The notes under the pieces are model-generated. The model saw only the letters and a program-made list of their open reading frames with translations. It did no database searches and had not been told where the DNA came from. A stretch of DNA of 64,000 nt, taken from assembly GCA_951406725.2 (NCBI GenBank), contig OX597814.1, positions 147,064,001 through 147,128,000 on the forward strand, written 5' to 3'. Positions 55,291 to 64,000 of this stretch are shown piece by piece. The stretch comes from Octopus vulgaris. Taxonomy: Eukaryota. Position 1 is the stretch's first letter. Every line of letters begins with the position of its first letter. The translations under genes and the position numbers were made by a program.

Positions 55291-57538
55291 TAATTTATTA
55301 TAAGTGTGAAAAAATATTTTTTATATACATATAAATATAAAAATATAAAATATAAAAACGTGTGCATAGACACCCATAATACTACACATATATATATATA
55401 CTCATTAATACAATAATACAAAATAAACAAAACAAAATAAAAGAAAATATATATCAATATATATTAATAAACACAGTTATTCTACATATTAGGCTAATAG
55501 TTCTAAAAACTAACACACAGGAAAATATATGCACACTCACATTTAAATTAAAATCAGACCTATACATGAAAAAAAAAAAAAACATAGTTCAGTTCATAAA
55601 ATTATAAACCTGTAAAAGTCAATAAAAATTACTATTGATATTAATAATAATAATAATAGATACAATTGTGTCTGTACCAAGTACATCCATTGGACATCGA
55701 CATATCTATGAGTCTGGTTATTCTGTCCGCTTGATATTGATTATTCTAGATTAATTCGATTGGCTTATAGTTTAAAATTTGAATCACAAAAGAAATTTTA
55801 CGGTTAGTTAGTCAAGAAACGCATATACGCACACGCACATCCACAGATCAATCGCACATACATACATAATTATATGGATACACACACACATACACTCATA
55901 CACATACATATCCACAAACAACATCCAACATATAAATAAATAACTAATAAAAGAGGTATAATCCTAGCTATGCAGCCATCCAGCCTCTCAAAACGACAAC
56001 CATGCCACTAAATTAACTAAATAGGTCCACTCACATATTTCCTTAAATTATTTGTTATAAAGATACATATATTAATATATCACGACATCGAATGTTATTT
56101 TCGCAGGGTTCACGCAGCATGTGACACCGCTTTTTTGTAGTCAACATACCGTTTATTGATTTCACCGTAATTTACTATAATCGCATGTACGCTAAGTTAT
56201 AAAGTATAGATTAATTTTTTTATAGTATAAATATATATCTTTTCTACGTAATAAATCCAGTGCCATTATAATATTAATATTTATCCATCAAAGAACCTAA
56301 CCTACTAACTAATAGAATTACATTCAAATATACATACTCGTGTGTAGCAGCAGATATACACAAGTGCACCGTCTATTTTCATATGTGGCTCGCGAGAAAA
56401 CAATTCATAGTACTTATATATAAATATACTTTTAAGTAACCGTGGACATATAGATAACAAATGTAATAATTAACAAGATTTGGCATTAAATAATTTCGAT
56501 GGGGGACTAACCAATACAATTGTATATAAGTAAATAACAGAAATTAAATTAATTATAAGTTAATAAATTGTAAATACTTAAGTTAAAAATGTGATAAAAT
56601 AAATAAGAAGAAATAATTAAAATTACATACATAATATAAGTACAAACCAGTATACATTTATCCATATATTATTAAAATAAATAATTGATATGTATGTATA
56701 TATCTACTCTTAAATAAGTAAATAAATACATAAATAAATAAATAAATAAATAAATGACTAAATAAATAGATAGATACCATAGAAAACAAATTCAGATAAA
56801 TACCTAGGTACAGGTACACCTAATATATAGTAATGCTAATATGCATATATCCTCATATGCATAAAATAGTATATATGTAAATAAATAACATAAAATAAAG
56901 TGAAGATATATATTGAAGAAAATACTTATATAAACTTAGTATACAGGCTAATATTATGTAAATTAATACCTGTAGATAATGAGTAAAAAAATGAATAGAT
57001 GGATAACATAGTGTACAGATCCAGAAGATTACAAATATAGACTAAATATATAAGACTGCTAATATTTATAAAGCTAAATGTGAGTAAATGAATAGGTTTA
57101 TTAATAAATAGCATAAGATACAAATTTAGGTGAGTACAAAGATACACCAAATATACAATATATAAGCCTGCCAAATAAAAACCTACAAAAACCCAAATTC
57201 TCAACCTAAACAAACAAACTCCCAAATAGACACTCATATATTACATAATAGTATTAAAGTATCCAAAACCAGGTATCTAACTATGATATTCATACACACT
57301 CTGTAATATTAGAAAACTTCAAGAATCACATATTACAAAGCAAATACCAAAATGAATATATTATTTCTTGCCGTAGTGTATTTCCCTTATAAAACAAGAC
57401 AAAAAACCCACATACAAAAAACAATTAATACTGGAAATATATATTTTTTTTATACATGTGTAGCTACAAAATTATATAAAATTATAAATTTATAAGTTGC
57501 ATGTTTTAGAATTGTAGAAGACCACTAGAATAATTAGA

Positions 57539-58226
57539 TACAGAAGGGAGTTAAAATATTACTAGTAGAAATGCTAAGTTCTATTTGAATCTAGAAAAAG
57601 TGTACGCTAGTTTGTGAATGCAAAAAAAAAAAAAAAAAAAAATTTTCATTTATGTTATTAATAATATTCCTACCCGCTTTGATAATGAAAAAGATTTCAT
57701 TAATACATAGAGAGCATTTTTTATTTTTTCTATTATACACAGGTGCCGAAGTTAGTATTTTCCAATTTAATCTAAACTCTAAGTTCTTACTTTAGAGTTC
57801 CCGAATGTATGCACTTAACCCTGTAGAGTACATCCTATTTTTATTTCTAAAAGTATATCTATGATAATTAAGTCTCTGTTTCATGCTACAGAAGGGAGTT
57901 AAAATATTACTAGTAGAAATGCTAAGTTCTATTTGAATCTAGAAAAAGTGTACGGTAGTTTGTGAATGCAAAAAAAAATTTTTAAATTTATGTTATTAAT
58001 AATATTCCTACCCGCTTTGATAATGAAAAAGATTTCATTAATACATAGAGAGCATTTTTTTTTTTTTCCATTATACACAGGTGCCGAAGTTAGTATTTTC
58101 CAATTTTATCTAAAATCTAACTTCTTACTTTTGAGTTCCCAAATGTATGCACTTAACCCTGTAGAGTACATCCTATTTTTATTTCTAAAAGTATATCTAT
58201 GATAATTAAGTCTCTGTTTCATGCTA
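57539..58226. repeat. ~345-bp tandem duplication of the GIY-YIG C-terminus
   Basis: 57539-57888 and 57887-58226 both run TACAGAAGGGAGTT...CTCTGTTTCATGCTA. Confidence 0.95.
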
Positions 58227-60595
58227 TTCATAGTTGCTCCGATATACACCCTACTACTAAATTGTGTATCCACAGTGCATTGGTAAACTACCTCCTTCCT
58301 GAGGCATTGATTACCAAACACACATTTATTTCTGTTTCTGAAATTACAGTTATTAACAGGTTGAGGTAATCCAAGATTGGTCCTCAATCCTGTAACACCA
58401 TTCATATTAGTAGTGTTACAATTATTATTACCATCCAAACCCAAATTCAACGAATGAGTTAATTTAACATTATTTGCGATATTCCTATCAATAGTACTAG
58501 TATTGGTAGTAGTAGTATCATCTATTACATTGATATCTTCCCTAGCAGGTACGGTACCCTCATAATTTATAAGAGGGTTGTTCCCGTTAGCTCCAAAAGA
58601 TTTATTGTTCCTACTATTAAAGAGAGGCAAATTTCTATTATCTAACTTCAACTTTCTATCTTTATAGAAGTAATCAAGTTTCCTGTTATTAAAAGAGGAG
58701 ATAATGGTGGCTAGATTATGTGTAATGCTATATCCTATTCTAACAGTACCATTGTTAATTAAATGACTAAATTTATTCCTATCCTTACCAAAGTGCCTAA
58801 ATATTACATTATGCAAAGCTCTAACTATGTCTGTTTTTATCTGCATTGCATATGGGATAATAAGCCAAAGTGTATCCTTATCAGTATTAGGGTTGCCTAT
58901 CAAATTATTGTTTTTAGTAAAAACCTTATACCTTGACCAACCCATATGTTTACTATCCTTACCAATGTCGTTGTTATGTCTATCTATATCAATATTCCCA
59001 TAATTATTACGCAAGTAAACTTTACTATTATCATATCTACCATAAGTTTTGATATGTATATTATTAATATTACTACCATTACCTGTTTGCGCAGATCTAT
59101 TTAAACTACCGTCCACCGTTCTGAGGTTAACAACACCTCTATAATTATTATAGGCGTTTTCATATATTCTATTTTTCCTTTTCTTATAGTTATTATTGTT
59201 TGTCCTAAATCTATTGGCGTTGTTCCTAATAGTTCCACCTCCATTTGGAGGATTCCCCTTAGGTATATACCATATTTTACTTTTGTAGCCTGCTTTTAGC
59301 AATGCTTCGTTGTATCTATCACAATGCTTATTAAAAATGTCCTCGTTTGAGGATAAACAAGAAATTCTCTGCCAAAAGCTACGCACTAGTGCACTTTTAA
59401 TTTGAGGGGGGTGATTGCTAGAACGGTTTATATATATTAGGTTAGAATTGGGTTTAATATAAGGTTCATGTATCCCATTAGTAATGTTACAATTGACATC
59501 CAAATAATTAGATCAGTCACTTCCGCTGAGTCCGGCGATCCCATGGTGATGTCGAACAAGTTGGGTGTGTCCTTTCTAGCCCAAAGTTTATTATCAAACT
59601 CTATTAAAGTTTTCCTAGCTGTTAAGATAACCCTAATCTCACCCATACTTAATTTAGTGTATTTTCTAGCAAAAATTAAAGCCTTATTTAATATAATAGG
59701 GTTAATGGAAGTGTAATAATTTTGTATATCAAATTGGATGAATTTACTTCTATTATTGCTGTTGTTGTTGTTGTCACAGACCTTAATGGCAGAAAACCAA
59801 TCCAAAGCACCTTGAGTATTCTTCCAAAGGCTAAGTTTAATCTTACTGCGAATAGTAGGTAGATATTTATCCAGAATGAGTTTGCTCAGTGTGCCTAAGT
59901 CAGACTTGGTAGGGCAAATCAATCTGACCTGCGTGTTTCCAAGAAAGTTCTCTTTATGGTCCTTTAGTGTGATTCTCGGTCTGGTTGTGGTGTAAGGTTC
60001 CGTTTTTTTCTTCTAGGTAATAGTCCAACATTATTTCTCTAATCTCAAGGTTCAGTTTTCTAAGTGTGCTAAAAGGTACAATTTTGTATTTCTTAGTGAT
60101 TTCTTTGTGTAGTAGATCATGGTATGTAGGAATGTCAATGTTATAGATGTTGCTGGTTTTGTCAGAATGTGTTAGAATGCCGTTCTTACCCTTGAGAGTT
60201 CTTATTAATTCTTTTAATTCCCTTTGGTGCGGGTTGTACCTCAATGGGTGATTTTTAAAGTTTATGTCTTTTATAGTCTCCCATAGTTCTTGTTCAAAGT
60301 TATCTAGATGTGTATTTGGTGGAGGAGACTTCCTAGATTTAAATGTAGTGCCTGTTAATTTTATTATTTCTTCATAAGTACTTCCTGTTCCATTTTGGAT
60401 AGTTTCCCCAATATGTTGTTGGTTTATTTTTTTGTTATAGTTATCATGGTGGAAAATCCTACATCTAATCCTGTGGATGAACTCATTAATTCTATAGATT
60501 AGCTCTTTAGTGTAATGGTCTTTGGTAGGGATGGGTACATCTTTCATTAATGAATTAATTAGTATTTTCTCCATTTTACTAGCAGTAATGATCAA
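57890..60595 (-). pseudogene. Penelope-like RT/GIY-YIG endonuclease pseudogene
   Basis: Two frameshifts, an in-frame TAA at 58106-58108, and no YxDD motif. Confidence 0.85.
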
Positions 60596-61912
60596 GGAGG
60601 AACAAATGTACTATACTAGGGTGTATTTACATACACTATTAATACTTAGATCAATGAATGGATGCTTCAATTACACCAGTATGAGCAATTCAGGTTCCTC
60701 AAAAGATAAATTTCGGTTATAAAATGAGATAGGGGTTGAAAATTCAACCCACCATATATATATATTTTGTTTACTATTTCTTGATGATTTCATCTTGATA
60801 CTACTATGTATTGATAATACCGTTTCCTATTTCTACAGAGATGTGTACCCTGTTGTTTGAAAATTAGCTGATGTTCTCATGTCTAAATATTTATGTATGT
60901 CGTGAAGAACGATATAATTTCCATTACATTTCAAACTCTTAATTATCTGTTACACCATCTAAAGTTACAATACTTTTAATGTTTCAGGTGTTTATTATTT
61001 TAAACAGAGCCATTCTAAATTAGATATTATATTTTATATTGCACACATTTGTTATAATATGATTATAAATCGTCATCCTATACGCGTGTGTGTACGTGTA
61101 AATACGTGCACACACACGCACACACACCCAAAAATATAAGTTCAATAAATATTTAAATTCTTGTTTATCATCTGTCGCAAATGTTATTATATAGGTAATG
61201 AATTGAAAGTCGTTATATGAAGTTAAATGCTAATTGCTATAATTCACTGTTTTCAATCATTCCTTCTCATTTCATGCGCTTTAAGCATTTTACGATGGAC
61301 ACCAAAATTTATATTGCGTTTATTATTCTCAATATCGACTTGTGTAACGGGATTATCATGCCACGATATCATTTGATATAAAGTATATGTAGGACCACAT
61401 GATACATAAAGTCTCGTCGCTCAAATCCACTCAACTGCATGGCGCTTGAGGGAAATTAGCTGTTTGTAGTATCTAAATACACAGAAGAAATTTTTAGTCT
61501 CAGCTATCGCTCTCATCTACCCCTAATAACAACAGTTACTGAGTCCTTGAAAAATGTTTACCAAGGCCATCATCGAACATTAAAATACGTTTTATCAGAA
61601 CTTAAATTTTGCCGTCTTTAAAATTTATATAATTTGAAATATTGATTTCTATTGAATAGACACAGACCCAATTACATGACAGCCGTTTACCTTGGAGATG
61701 TTTTGATATTATTAATCAATGTACCAACACAAATAAACATCCGGTGTTAAAAATAAGATGTATATTTGTAAGAAGGAAAGAACAAACGTAAAAAGAGTAT
61801 AACGAGTTCATTCAATCGACATTTGAATTGCATCGATTTAAAAAAAAAATGCTTCGGGTCAAAAGAAACATTTACGCTTCATTAAATATGCTTGTTACCA
61901 CCTGTTAATTAA

Positions 61913-62037
61913 AGACAAATTCAGTCTGGATATATTTTTAATCACAAAGCTAAAATGACAGAAACATATGAACACCAGTTTGAGACATATATTAAATTTG
62001 CTATATATTCATTTGTCCAGCGAAATAATCTATATTT

Positions 62038-62104
<67 letters not shown>

Positions 62105-62148
62105 TATATGTATGTATATATATGTATATATATATATATATATACATG

Positions 62149-62186
<38 letters not shown>

Positions 62187-63551
62187 TACATACATACATA
62201 CGTACATATATGTATATCTCTCTGTGTGTGTGTGTGTGTGTGTGCGTGTGTAAGGTTTCACTTCCACACACGCCAGCTTAATTTAATTCGTCCTTAGTCG
62301 AAAGACACCTGTTATTTGTATTTGTATTTCTGTACCATTTATCCGTTTTTTTTCCGTTTTTGTTTTCGTATACATTTGCTGCTTTCTTCCAAGGAATCTA
62401 GTGCTTTTAGATTAGTTTTTCCTTGGGGCAGTCCAGATTGGAGCAATCTCGGGTATAACCAGCCGAAATTGCAAAAATAATCTGGAACACGACTGAGGAA
62501 AGAAAATTCCGGATGATCCGTCCTGGTTCTTCCTTGTCCCTTTTATGTATCGTCTAACTTTCTGGATGTTTTTTTAATAATAATAATAATGAAATTATTG
62601 TATATAGTGGTCAGGTGCACCACAACTAGTCAAAAGTACATATAAAGTATATGCAGTAATGCACAAATGTGTGGAAAGTGAACAGTGTATGAGCCAGATA
62701 TATGCCTGCGTGTGTATGGACGGGAGAAAATCAGGTGTAGTGTTGGCGTATATCAGGAAGCATGGAAGTTTTGAAGGATGCAGTGCTCCGGCAAATAACA
62801 ACTGAACCCCGCAGTTTGTTCCATGCTTCAGCAACTCTTAACGTGAAAAACTGTTTCTGAAATTCATGGGAGATGTGCTGTTTTCTGACTTTGTAAACAT
62901 GTCCATGGGTGTTAGACAGATGGAGTTTGTAAAGGTGCTCAGAGTTATTGTTTGTAAGATGGTTAATAATTTTATGGGTGTCTGCCAAGTCAGCTGCCAG
63001 ACGTCGGAGTTAAAAGGTATCCATGCCCAGGGAAGTAAGGCGTTCAGAATATGGCAAATGCCTGATGAAGGGCATTCTCTTGGTTGCACGTCGCTGAACG
63101 GCTTCCAGACGATTGATATCCTGGGCAAGATAGGGGTTCCAGACTGGTGATGCAGATTCCAGGTGAGGTCTTACCATAGCTGCATAAAGCCGCAGAGAGA
63201 TAGCCGGAGAGCAGCTCACAAAGGACTTGGTGAGTGATGCCAAGACACCCTCAGCCTTCTTGACAATTTTAGCGATGTGTTTTGTCAAACGCAAATCGCT
63301 GTCGACAATAACGCCAAGAACAGATCCCTGTGGTACACAAGATGTCATTTCATAGGGTGAATAGTGTTGTCCTAGAACTGTGACAATCTCTTTTCGGCTG
63401 ATGATAAAGGACTTTAACAAGTTATAGAGATCGTCTCTTACACGCATTGCAAAGAATTTCACCATAAGTTTTTTGTGTGGCACAGGACTAAAAGCCTTAT
63501 CAAAGTCCAGTTAAACAACATCTGCCCAGGATCCGCGATTATTTTGTTTCA

Positions 63552-63592
<41 letters not shown>

Positions 63593-63915
63593 TACATACA
63601 CACACACACAGAATCACACACACACACACAGAATCACACACACACACACATATATATATATATACATTTGTGTACGTATCCAAATAACATGGTGTCAAAA
63701 CTGAGTCAATATACATCCCCTAAAGACTAATGCACCGGTTGCGTATAGAGCATAATTTTTAATATATTTTCCAAAGTTTTCTGCGTTCAGCATAGTGCAT
63801 ATATATATAGCAAATGAATATATAGCAAATTTACCATCTGTCTCAGTCTGGTGTTCATATATGTTTCTGTCATTTTAGCTTTGTGATTAAAAATATATCC
63901 AGACTGAATTTGTCT
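61913..63915. mobile_element. Element bounded by ~105-bp inverted repeats (61913-62015 and 63811-63915), with nested insertions
   Basis: AGACAAATTCAGTCTGGATATATTTTTAATCACAAAGCTAAAATGACAGAAACATAT is exactly reverse-complementary to the right arm; the inner half has a few mismatches. Confidence 0.65.
62575..63535 (-). mobile_element. CR1-clade LINE, 5'-truncated and internally deleted
   Basis: VPHKKL, CVPQGSVLG, VRPHLESASPVWNPY, LEAVQRRATK, THGHVYK and FFTLRVAEAWNKL; (ATT)n tail at ~62575-62590. Confidence 0.92.
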
Positions 63916-63948
63916 ATACATACATACATATATATATTTTTTTTTTTT

Positions 63949-64000
<52 letters not shown>

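Larger units (their letters stand above)
54995..60755 (-). mobile_element. Penelope-like retroelement, Naiad-type (RT + C-terminal GIY-YIG), decayed
   Basis: Frameshifted ORFs 59954..60595 (SDKTSNIY), 59437..59922 (FDIQNYYTSI, FDITMGSPDSAEV) and 58106..59503 (SNHPP, CNFR..CVFGNQC, VVYQC..YIG); long AT-rich 3' region with a hammerhead. Confidence 0.85.

Overview
AT-rich eukaryotic DNA dense in microsatellites and transposon debris. The tRNA-derived SINE families and the simple-repeat profile look like an octopus (coleoid cephalopod) genome; this is inferred from repeat recognition, not a database search. No host gene can be confidently assembled, so the window reads as a large intron or intergenic region. 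Almost all ORF-track entries are microsatellite artefacts. All recognisable coding sequence is transposon-derived: a Helitron with an open PIF1-helicase ORF, a ~5.7 kb Naiad-type Penelope-like element (RT + GIY-YIG) with a hammerhead ribozyme, several R4/Dong-type LINE fragments, a CR1 fragment, two mariners, a Tc1, a hAT transposase remnant and many SINEs. The most notable items are the hammerhead with an ~86-nt stem II, a ~400-460 bp imperfect palindrome, a ~105-bp inverted-repeat pair enclosing nested insertions, and a LINE-like 3' end that shares its tail with the commonest SINE. I see no convincing evidence for a wholly new biological system.
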